NCBI GenBank assembly: GCA_021432635.1 | Contig: MU270019.1 | Span: 1,113,672 to 1,177,671 of the forward strand | Direction: 5' to 3' | Source of the DNA: Thozetella sp. PMI_491 | Lineage: Eukaryota | Length of the DNA: 64,000 nucleotides | Part shown: positions 34,022-44,299 of the stretch, one piece after another | Layout of the letters: the number at the start of each line of letters is the position of its first letter | How positions within the stretch are numbered: the first letter of the stretch is position 1 | Program-made: the position numbers and the translations under genes | Notes under the pieces: model-generated | Databases searched by the model: none | Seen by the model: only the letters and a program-made list of their open reading frames with translations | What the model was told of the DNA's origin: nothing

Positions 34022-36129
34022 GTGCACCTGCGGTTTGTGATTCGAGAAGTGTGGTATGATAGCACAGGACGGCAATTGATGAACAAAGCGGCTCTGGATT
34101 TCCTAGTTGCAGAGCGCGGTATTGTCGCAATAAATGCAGGCAATGCGGCTCCAGTATGCGCAGCTTGCACAGCCCCCGAATGACGCCTTGGCCGGCCGGC
34201 CGCAAGTGACTCACCGGCAATGGTATACCTCTTTCAAGTTAGTGGCATGATTGTTTGAAAACGATGCGATGGGATGTGCTTCATCTCTAGAGCCTGAGAA
34301 ATTGGCTCATCATGTCGGTGTGCAAACTCAAACCTTAAGCTTTCCACCTGAGGATCGAATTGGCCAAGATACGGGCCGGGAAGCAATCGATCCAGTCACC
34401 AAGGTGTTTACAATTATATCCTTTTATTAGGATGCAAAGTTCGTGTTAAAATAATGGATCTATCTCATCAGCTTCCGCTGGCGGTGCGGCCGTAGAGAGA
34501 TCAATCTCGAAAATATCGGGTGGTGCCTAGCTCCTATCCAGTGCTGAGCTGCCTCACGAAGGCTCCACTAGCAAACGAGCCTATTCTTGTTCGACCCTGG
34601 TAGTAGTCGTAATCCCAGGCTGGTAAGTCCATATTCACGACTAGGTCTCTAAAGGCCCTGCATCTGCTGCATCACTCCGAAATCTCCAAGCTAGATAAAA
34701 AGCCCATAATTAGCACGCACTATTGGAAAGATTCATGTCGAAATGAACAACGTCCTTGCTAAGGATGCCAAGGCCAAGAACTGAGACTGTTTCATCGACA
34801 CCGTCATCTCTCTCGTCAAAAGCCTGCCGCAAGCTCGGCAGATGCGCTATGGCAATGATGATTTTGAACAGGCACGATGCCATGATCAAGAGCGCCTTGT
34901 TGCTGAATCATGTTATTGCAGCTGTGTTTGTGTGCCACCTGGTGATCCGGGTTGTTGAATATAGCCTCGTCGATCGCCGCCTGCCTTAATCGGTTCATTT
35001 GTCCTAATCCAAACCTCCAGAGAGCCCGTGCGAAAGATACTCCAAAATCAACAATCCTTCGGCATCGTTCGCATCGCTTGGATTCTACTCTCAAGCTTTT
35101 GGGATGGCGTCTACCAGACGCGGTTGCTTTGGCGCGGACTCCTCCTCGGAGTTGGCTATGGTTGTTACAATCGGTTTCTCATAGTGATATTGCCGGCCAA
35201 CTTCCATGTCCTTAGCCTCGTCGCCTCCGTGCTCCGCACTGGGGGAGGTGACTTTGTATCTGCTTTTCAGCCCTCCCCATTTTCCTAGCTTAGGAATCTT
35301 CAAAGTCTTGTAATACCCCGCTCTCTTTTCATGGTCGAGCAGATCGTTCCCTCCATGGAGTAATTAAAACCTATCCTGCTGTGTCTGTCTTCATGAAGCA
35401 GCTCATCGCGAAGACGCTGCTCGTCGGTGCCGGCCGAGCCGAGGAGGCTGTCTGAATCGGCCATTCTGCTGTTTGGTTGTGCGCCTCTTCGGGCAGTTCT
35501 CACCGTGTCGCGTGGCCGTGGCCAAGCAACATGAACCTTTAGCGGGGAAACTGCCATATTGTACCAAAAATGTATACCAGAGCTCGAATGGGATCGAGTT
35601 TCCATGATTTATGCAGTTGCATGCATGTAAGCGATACCCAACAATGAACCCACCGTCACGGGTCACCGCATCCGGCTAAGGCCAGGAATTGACAAGAAAC
35701 TCGGTGTGTCAGGATCAAGAACCAATAGGGCGCAGAAAGACATTCATTTGCTTATTCCTATCCTTCCCGACCGACGGGCAGCCGCCTGTCGTTGTTGAAG
35801 AGCCAATTTAGCGTCGTCAGCTGCTGGAGGACCAGCTGGACGGCCTCTGGCATAGTGGCTTAGATACAGGTGGATCTAACCCTAACCCGCTAAACCAATC
35901 AACGAATCCCGACCCCGGGCTCAGCATTGCTCAGTCGCCTTAATTAAAACTCAAAGTTCAACGTCGAGTCCCATGCATCACTTTGCAGCCTCGAAACATC
36001 GAAGGCTCAAGCCAAGACACCGGTTGTACAGCGGCCATAAAGACCATACCTAGCAACTCCTATGATATCCACGCCCGCATCTAGCTAGACTGGGACGCTA
36101 CATTCCTTCTATTATCGCTGCTGAATTGA

Positions 36130-38017
36130 ATGTTCTTTGTGCGCGCATTGTTGACACGCAACGGCCTCTTCCCAAAGACCACAGCAGCACCGAGAGCAAT
36201 TTTCCTTCGACAGATAGCCTCCCTCACCACATTTAGAAAAAAAGATCGTCCTCTGTTCACTTCCTTCTCCAGTAAGATTTTCTCCTTCCCTCCAGCCTCT
36301 GCCAGGTGGCATCACGACGGTATATCGCAAAAGACGATCTGACCTAGAAATCGCATCTGACCCAGGCGGCACTAGAAAAACCTCAGCAAGAACCAGCCAC
36401 CAGCAGCACCGCCATGGCTGCCCCTCCGCCTTCCACCACGGTGCCATATGCACAGATGGCCGGGCGCCTGCAGCCTCAGCTCTTGAAGGCCCTTGACACC
36501 TTGGGCTATGCCAACATGACCCCCGTCCAGCAGAAAGTGCTATCTGAGCTCAAAACGTTCAAGGACGACTGCCTTGTGCAGGCCAAGACTGGAACTGGAA
36601 AGACCATCGCGTTCCTCCTGCCCACCCTCCATACCCTACTTACTAGCCCTCGGAAGCTAGCTCCGGGCAAGGTTGCCGTGCTTGTCATCGCCCCGACGCG
36701 TGAGCTGGCCCAGCAGATTGCTGCCGAGTGCGACAAGCTCACGCAATTCTGCAAGCCACCGCTCGAGTGCCATCTTGCCTTTGGCGGAAGCAACAAGAAG
36801 TCGCATATGAATAGGTTCATGAAGGGCAAGCCCTCCATCCTCGTGGCCACCCCCGGCAGGCTACTGGACTATCTGCAGGAGGATGAGGTGCGCGTCAAGT
36901 TTAGCGACATGCGCTCCCTCATTCTCGACGAAGCGGACACGATGCTCGACCAGGGCTTCCTGGAAAGCATCCTCAAGATCCTCACCTTGCTTCCCCAGAA
37001 GCAGGAAGCCAAGTGGCAGGGCATGTGCTTCAGTGCAACCATGCCCGCAAAGATTCACAAAGTCTTGCACAACGTGCTGAACCCCGGCTACCCGCATCTG
37101 TCGACGGTTGACGAGAATGAGACACCTACTATCGATAGCGTTCCGCAGTTTCTGATATCTGTGCCCGGTGTTGAAGATGTGATTCCAACGCTACACACGC
37201 TGCTCGCGTGCGAGGAGGCCGACAATAAGAATCTCAAAGCTGTCGTCTTCAGCAGCACGGCCCGAAACGCAGGCCTTCTGTACCAGCTGTTTGAGCTGAA
37301 CGGCGTTTCCCCCGGGAGGCTTCCCCTCTTCCAGATGCACTCGCGCATGAGCCAAGCTGCGCGCAACAAGATGGTCGACACGTACAAAAATGCCGACAGA
37401 GGTCTTCTGTTCGCCTCTGATGTCGTGGGCCGCGGTATGGATTTCCCTGACGTGGGCCTGGTTGTCCAGATTGGTTTGCCCATCAACAAGGAGCAGTATA
37501 TTCACCGTGTGGGACGGACAGGACGTGCCGGCAAGACAGGTCGCGCCACCGTGATCATGACGCCGGAGGAGGTGCCATTTGTCCGAATCCACAAAGAGTT
37601 TCCTATTCAAGAAACGACTTTGTAAGTATACATGTCACTTGGCAGTTTCTCTTTTCTACCCGAAGTCATGCAAATTGCTTACGTTGCTCTAGGAACCATC
37701 CCAAGGCCTCCTCTTTCCCCTCAGCCCAGATCATCAAGCAGGCATTTGCCAAGATTCCGGACCAGTCCAAGGGCCAAGCCTATGCTGCATATCTCGGGTT
37801 CATGAAAGGCCAGAATAAGATCACCAAGCTTAACTCGGCTAGTCTCGTCCAGCTCGCAAACCGGTTCTCGGCCTCCATGGGTTGCGCAGAACCTCCCGAG
37901 CTGGAGGCGTCCACCATTGGCAAGATGGGGCTTAAGGGTGTGCCTGGGCTGCGGAAGCGGCCCAAGGCCACGGCTCCCATGGCCGAGGATGGAGCTCCGC
38001 GTAAGAGAAGGAGATAG
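36130..38017 (+). CDS. DEAD-box RNA helicase, Mss116/CYT-19-like; core starts at 36414, with a probable upstream exon from 36130
   Basis: Q motif MTPVQ, AKTGTGKT, PTRELA, TPGRL, DEAD, SAT and HRVGRTGRAG. Intron 37622-37692. The upstream exon is inferred (see findings). Confidence 0.9.
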
Positions 38018-38673
38018 ACGCGAACCGCTCGGAGTTGCGGCAAGATTATCGTTCAGCTATTGGATGGGCAGCGATAGAGAAGATACGGGGCTACCTACTG
38101 GCGCCAGGTGATCACTCCTTGGCGGTGGCACGACAACAGGCGTATAGGCGCAACTCGGCCGGATTTCCCGGGTCACTAGGGTAGAACGAGGTTGAGACGA
38201 ACTGTAGGGCGCCACTGCGAATGCAGAGGGGTACACGGGAAGGGATAGAGGCATACGTATACAATATAGAGCCGGCAACCATGGCAGGAATACTGAGAAC
38301 CTTTAGACCTCGCACGAGCCTAATGACCCCCAACCGCAGATGTCTATCCGGCGCCAGTACATGGAATCGGTGCCGATATTCCGGTATTGCGAGGCACCGA
38401 CGGGATTGCGGTTCTTGGTGCCAAGAACCGTTTCCAAGAACTGAGCTCCGCCGGGGCTTGTCTACTATGGGGACCCCAGGTCTTGGGACCTTGGGAGTAT
38501 GTGGCCACTCCACCCTCCCGCCAGCCCCTGAACATCCCGCGCCGCATCCGGTAAACGATTTGGCCCGTCGAGCCCTTGGGCGTTGCATTTTACTATGGCA
38601 TCTGATCCCACTTCTGTCGACCGCCGGGCTTGGTGCACACAAGCAAATGAACGACACACTTAACCGTTGTCAG

Positions 38674-38803
38674 CGGCTAATAGCGATTTCGGGGGAACCA
38701 GTGCCGCTCTCCAGGCGCGGGATGAGACGAGAGTGTGGGGTCTCCACGATCTACGGGGGCCCTCTGCCTGTCGCCGACGTAGATACCGAGTTCACATTAG
38801 CCG
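38674..38803. promoter_or_regulatory. Two XlnR/Xyr1-type sites (CGGCTAAT) upstream of the xylanase
   Basis: CGGCTAAT at 38674-38681 (+) and ATTAGCCG at 38796-38803 (-). TATTTAA near 38971. Confidence 0.65.
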
Positions 38804-39108
38804 AATATTAGATCGAAGCCATCCCCTGCGGAGACGCACAGAGCGGGAGTGACACGCGGGAGGAGACGCGCCCTCACTGCTTAGATTCTGTAACTCCACC
38901 AATCCACGGCGTCGAAGCCATGTCTGCCGCTGCCTACATGCTGCCTTTACCCTAAAGATGATGAGGGCCTTATTTAATCGCGCCGCGCCTCCTGGCTCCC
39001 TGGCTCCTGCGCCTCGGGTTTGATGCTCAAGTCGCGCAACGCTTCCCAGGTCGTTCTGCACCGGCCCACGCTCGCAGCCTCACGAACTCCTCCGCACGGC
39101 CCGTCGAC

Positions 39109-40239
39109 ATGAAGTTTAGCACTCTGCTCGCCCTGGCGCCCCTGGTGGCGGCCGCCCCCAGCGCCGAGGTGGTCCCTCGCCAGGCCGACAAGAGCATCGA
39201 CGCCCTCATCAAGGCCAAGGGCAAGCTGTACTTTGGCACCTGCGCGGACCAGAACCGGCTGACGGCTGGCAAGAACGCGGCCATCATCGACGCCAACTTT
39301 GGCCAGGTGACGCCCGAGAACAGCATGAAGTGGGAGAGCACCGAGCGCACGCAGGGCACCTTCAACATGGCCGGCGCCGACTACCTCGTGAACTGGGCCG
39401 TCGAGCACAACAAGACGGTCCGCGGCCACACCTTCCTGTGGCACTCGCAGCTCGCCGGCTGGGTCAGCGGCCTCAAGGACAAGGCGGCCCTGCAGAAGGC
39501 TCTGGAGAACCACATCACCACCATCATGACCCGCTACAAGGGCAAGGTCCGCGGCTATGTAAGTCCACGAGCCACCCGAGGCCTTTTAATCTCCTACAGA
39601 GAAACGGCGCTGACAGGACCCTTGCTAGGATGTCGCCAACGAGATCTTCAACGAGGACGGGTCGCTCCGCAGCTCGCCCTTTTCAAACGTGCTGGGCGAG
39701 GACATGGTCAAGATCGCCTTCAACGCCGCGCGTGCCGCGGATCCGGATGCAGTGCTGTACATCAACGACTACAACCTGGACTCGCCGACGGCCGCCAAGC
39801 TCACCAACGGCATGGTTGCGCACGTCAAGAAGTGGCTTGCAGCCGGCGTGCCCATTGACGGCATCGGCACGCAGGGCCACATCAGCGCCGGCGGCGGCAA
39901 CAACTTGGCCAAGGCGATCCAGGCCCTCGCCGACGCCGGTGTCAAGGAGGTCGCCGTGACGGAGCTCGACATCCAGGGCAACAACGCCGCCGACTACGCC
40001 ACCATCACCAAGGGCTGCCTGGCCGTGAAGCAGTGCGTCGGTATCACCGTCTGGGGTGTTCGTGATCCAGTGAGTGCCAAATATTTGCAGACAGAATTCG
40101 TGGAATTTGTGCTAGAAAAGAACGCGGCACTGACCTGTATATGTAGGACTCGTGGCGCCCTTCTGGCAACCCGCTGCTCTTCGACAGCTCCTACGCGCCC
40201 AAGGCCGCGTACACCTCCATCGTTCAGGCCCTCTCATAG
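39109..40239 (+). CDS. Secreted GH10 endo-1,4-beta-xylanase without a CBM
   Basis: Signal peptide, [24 protein letters not shown] (acid/base Glu), [16 protein letters not shown] and VTELDI (nucleophile Glu). Exons 39109-39558, 39629-40069 and 40147-40239. Confidence 0.96.
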
Positions 40240-40852
40240 AATGGCCACGGGCATGGCGAAGCGGAAAGGTTCAAGGACGAATCGAGATGATCAATTTCGT
40301 ACTAGGCGCTCTCCTTGGTCCGACATTTTATCCTGTACCTTAGCGCACATGCACAAATGCGACTCTGCTGTCCATACAGCTAATTGACTCATCAAATATT
40401 TAATTGTGCTTCTTTAAGTGCTAACCGATGCTGGTTTGAAGATCAAAACAACGGTATATCAGAGTTCCATAGCAGTCATGTTCCAAACCTGTTCGGCGTT
40501 TTGTACACTTCGAAGAATCAGCTCAGTTCAGAGTGGACCAAGTAGATTCGGGTTATAATGGCTCTTGACCCCTGCAGGAAGCACAAAGCTTGCGGACACA
40601 CTTGGTAGAATGAATAATAGGATTCAAGCGACCCAATCAAGGGTCTTCAATATAAGGCTACGTCAATCAAGATGCATGTATGATGGATATCATATGCCCA
40701 CGTAGATCCGTCCCATGCAATACGAAATGCTTTTTAAAGCGCCGTGCCGTCTAAAGCAGCCAAAAATGACAACACCACGCTCAACGCCGACCCAATGCTA
40801 AACCGAATGGCCTTGTTCTCCAAGTAGAACAACCACAGCTACCCGCGGGGAA

Positions 40853-42112
40853 TCAAAGGAAGATCTGCTGCACAAACTGGGGGCCATTGGTGGTGCCCGC
40901 CGGCGCAAAGACATCCAGCGCTACCGACGCAGCCGGCTGAGGGCTGAGGGCGCCGCTGGCATCCCGGGTGAAGGCCAGCAGGCCCGACGCGCCGCCCTGG
41001 TTGGTTGCGAAGAGGGTGCTTGAGAAAGCGTCCAGGCCGAGTGAGAACATGCGAGGGATCAGGCCGCCGGAGCTGACCGTGTCACGGAACTCGAGGGTGA
41101 TGTCACCGCCGGCGCCCTGTACCACGGCGAAGTGGGCAAGGCTATCGGTGGCGTTGCCGGTGAGCCGGTTGCTGACGTAGATGTCCTTGCCGTCAGGGGT
41201 GATCTGGATCTCGCCCGCTGAGGCAGTCGTGGAGTTGGCAGGCCCGAAGAGAGCCAGATTGCCGAAGCTGCTGATTTCCTGCGTCGGGGTGAAGTTGATA
41301 GTGTTGTCGACGTAGTCAAGCTTGTAGACCTGGATAAGGCTGAGGATCTCTTGCAGGAGGATGTAGTGGGTGGCCTTGTCCGCGCCAGGGGGGAAGAAGG
41401 CAGCGTGGCGCGGACCGGCGCCAGCCTTGGGCACCTTGATGCTGTTGGTTAACTCGAACTTGTCGTCCAAGGAGTCGACCACGAGCACACGGTCGGTGCC
41501 AAGGTCATTGGCGACAAAGAACCGGCCCGACGGATCCAGCAGGATCTGGTGAGGGTGCGGGGCGGCCTGGCGGTCCGTGACAGGTCCAACATCCGTCGGC
41601 ACGGCGATGGTCTTGAGCAGCTTCAGGGTGCCGTCCGGACTGGAAACGTCCCAGAAGTCCAGGGTGCTGTTGCCAAAGGCCGCACCGGCCATGCGGGTCC
41701 GGTCCTTGTTAAACTCGAGGAAGACCACGCCGGTTGAGCCGGCGGCGTCCTGGACCTTGGTGATCTGCTTGGTCTGGGCGTCGATGTTGAAGAGGCGGGT
41801 GTTGCCGCTGTTCTCGTCGACGGCGTATAGCTGCGTCGAGTTGGGCCGGAAGAGCTGCCACGAGGCCGAGGTGCCGGCTTCGGTGTTGTTGGCGATCGTG
41901 GTGAACTTGGTGCCGTCGAACTCGACGAGGCTGATCAAGCCGGTAGGACCGCCGCCGACCAAGAGCGTAGCCACGCCCGCGGCCTGTGCCGGGGGGACTG
42001 GCCCACAGTCGTCCATAGCGGGGGGAGCCTCGTCGTACTTTTGCAGGCGCGGGATGGTGCCAGCGGATACACCAAGCGCAGCACCGAGGACGGCGATCTT
42101 TGTTACCAACAT
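40853..42112 (-). CDS. Secreted beta-propeller lactonase (6-phosphogluconolactonase / aldonolactonase-like)
   Basis: Signal peptide MLVTKIAVLGAALGVSAG, then RQAAPHPHQILLDPSGRF, DLGTD, GAGPRHAAF, YVSNR and GGLIPRMFSL. Confidence 0.88.
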   Translation of the reverse strand: MLVTKIAVLGAALGVSAGTIPRLQKYDEAPPAMDDCGPVPPAQAAGVATLLVGGGPTGLISLVEFDGTKFTTIANNTEAGTSASWQLFRPNSTQLYAVDENSGNTRLFNIDAQTKQITKVQDAAGSTGVVFLEFNKDRTRMAGAAFGNSTLDFWDVSSPDGTLKLLKTIAVPTDVGPVTDRQAAPHPHQILLDPSGRFFVANDLGTDRVLVVDSLDDKFELTNSIKVPKAGAGPRHAAFFPPGADKATHYILLQEILSLIQVYKLDYVDNTINFTPTQEISSFGNLALFGPANSTTASAGEIQITPDGKDIYVSNRLTGNATDSLAHFAVVQGAGGDITLEFRDTVSSGGLIPRMFSLGLDAFSSTLFATNQGGASGLLAFTRDASGALSPQPAASVALDVFAPAGTTNGPQFVQQIFL

Positions 42113-44299
42113 TGTGAGTGATCTGAAGGCGGTGGGGAAGGGGAATGGATGAAGATGGGGTGAGTTCGGAGAGTGGTACCAGGGAAGGCCTTTTGTGCTG
42201 CGACACGTAGTTGAGCTTATTTGAAGATCGGAGGCCCGAATGGGGCTTTAATATAGCTATATCCAGGGAGAGACGGATCCCGGGGACGGACGGCTGCACG
42301 TTCACAGGGATCGACAGGCAAATGAGGGCGATGAAGCACCTTGGTTGCTTGGCACGGCATCCGGGATAAAGCGCCACTGACAATGGGACGTTGGGCTGTG
42401 CATCAGCGCTACAAAAAGGGGGCAATGAATGGCTATGGCCAGGTGAGAGGAGGAACACAGTCAGATTTTGTGCGATCGACAGGGGCAAGTCAAGGTTACG
42501 CCGGCGATTCGATTGCTCAGGAAGGGCTGTCCCCCGCCTCCCCCACAAGGAAGGAAACGACGCAGGACATAGGCAGGTGAATCCACTCTAGGCGCAGGTG
42601 AGTCGGCCAAAAGCCAGCGAGGTTTGGGCAAATCGTAGCCGTGTCCTAGCGCGGCGATAGGCTGCGGGGGGTTCGCCATTGCCCCTCTGGGCGAATCGGT
42701 GCCAATCGATGGCCCGGAAGGAAGGAAGCTGAGACGATCAAACAGGCGGCCGCATCGCTGTTCGGATGGGCGCGTGCCCGGCTCGGCCAATCGATCCCAT
42801 CATGCTCCGCCTTTACAGGGTACAAACGGGGCCGTCCAAGATAGACTTTCCCGGGGGTTTGCCAACTCGCGCACAACGTTTCAGCGCAACCTTCTTTCGG
42901 TGTCTTTAACGGTGCTGCGTACAATTAAGGGCAACGCCCGATCCAAGCAGAAGCCAACCAGCGAAGGCCCCCTCCTGATTCTTAATTGCTGCTGCTACCT
43001 TGACTAGCGACCGCAGCTAAGTTACTTTTTCTTCTTTCTTAACGCCAAGATAGGGAGCAGCACCCGGGCCTAACGCGCCACCATTTGCCTAGTTCGACCT
43101 CCTTCCATGCAGGCCTCAGACAAAGTGTCCGAGTGAAGCACCGAGCACTACAGAGCACAGGATCTAATGTAACACGCGCTTCGGTCTCTACAGCCTAGGT
43201 ATCGTGTAAACGTCCGAAGCGGGCAGGCTGTAGTCAGTCATTCCGCCGACACGCGGGGCTCCGAGCCCAGGGGCAGCGTTTCGTTTCGCCAATTTAAACT
43301 ACAGAATCCTTGGGCTTCCTGCCATGCTCCGTAAATCAGGAAACAATCGGGCATGGGCCAACAGAGGTGGGGTGCAGCACTATGTCTAAATCGCGATACA
43401 GGGAGGGATTATCCTCAGATAAGCGGCGGTGCTTAGTTGGGGCTGAGGCCTGATTCTATTTCCTATTAACCCCCCTATTTCGGCATTCTCACTCTATTTG
43501 GTCTGCCGCCTCTCTTATCCCGGCTCACCTTACTTGTTCCCGTCCAGTAGAGTCACAGGGCCACACAGGCATGGTTGGCACCTGTGCGGCATAGCCTTCT
43601 CTGCTGAGCTCAACAGAGATAAACTGTATAGAGACACGACTAATATCATGCAGCTCGGATCGTGCACTGGCGGGGAACTAGGGGAGCTATAAAAGTAATG
43701 CCTGTTCATCGTCACCCACAGAGGAATACGTTGTCCGTTGTGGTAGATACCAACTCCATTTAGGCCATTTGCCCTAGAACCAATAGTGCGAGCTGCATAC
43801 TTAATAACATACATGCCATGGCTAGGATCTGGCTAAATTAGATTGCGTCGCGGCATCACAGGTATACAAGTCTACTTAAGTAGCTAGTTAATGTGTAATG
43901 TCCAGTTAGTGATGGCCGAAGCGGATTGGTTGGAACGCCCGCGTCTTCTTCTCTTTGGTTGGGCGCCAAAATGCTCTTCCTCAAGCTCGAGCGGCGGGGG
44001 CTCTTGTGCTTCGGGTCTCTCCAGCACAGCACGTGAGAGGCTGTAGTCTGCCTTGCCTGCTGCATATTTTGAAGTTTCGACCAACTTGCCCCAAAATCCA
44101 TGTCGTCTCTCGCACCTCCATCCCTTTCTCGATCACCGTCTCCAAACACCCCCAGCGATATCCGCCTGAACGGCCATTGCACACGGTTCACCAGTACTAG
44201 GCGCGCCAAGTGTTGCCAGGGGCATATCTAGCCCGACGTAGCAGCTAGCTCAATTCAACAGACGACCACGTACGCCCAACCGCTGCCCCTCGGCCAAAT

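Noticed and set aside
34816..35605. Chain of three minus-strand ORFs overlapping by 4 nt, resembling translational coupling or a decayed gene
   Set aside because: The overlaps come from TTG starts inside TTGA. No family motif and no convincing splice path.
35876..35888. TAACCCTAA as a possible telomerase RNA template (and the similar motif at 2104-2115)
   Set aside because: Filamentous-fungal telomerase RNAs are long. Protein-coding genes lie within 250-600 bp downstream of both sites, and I see no pseudoknot or other supporting element.
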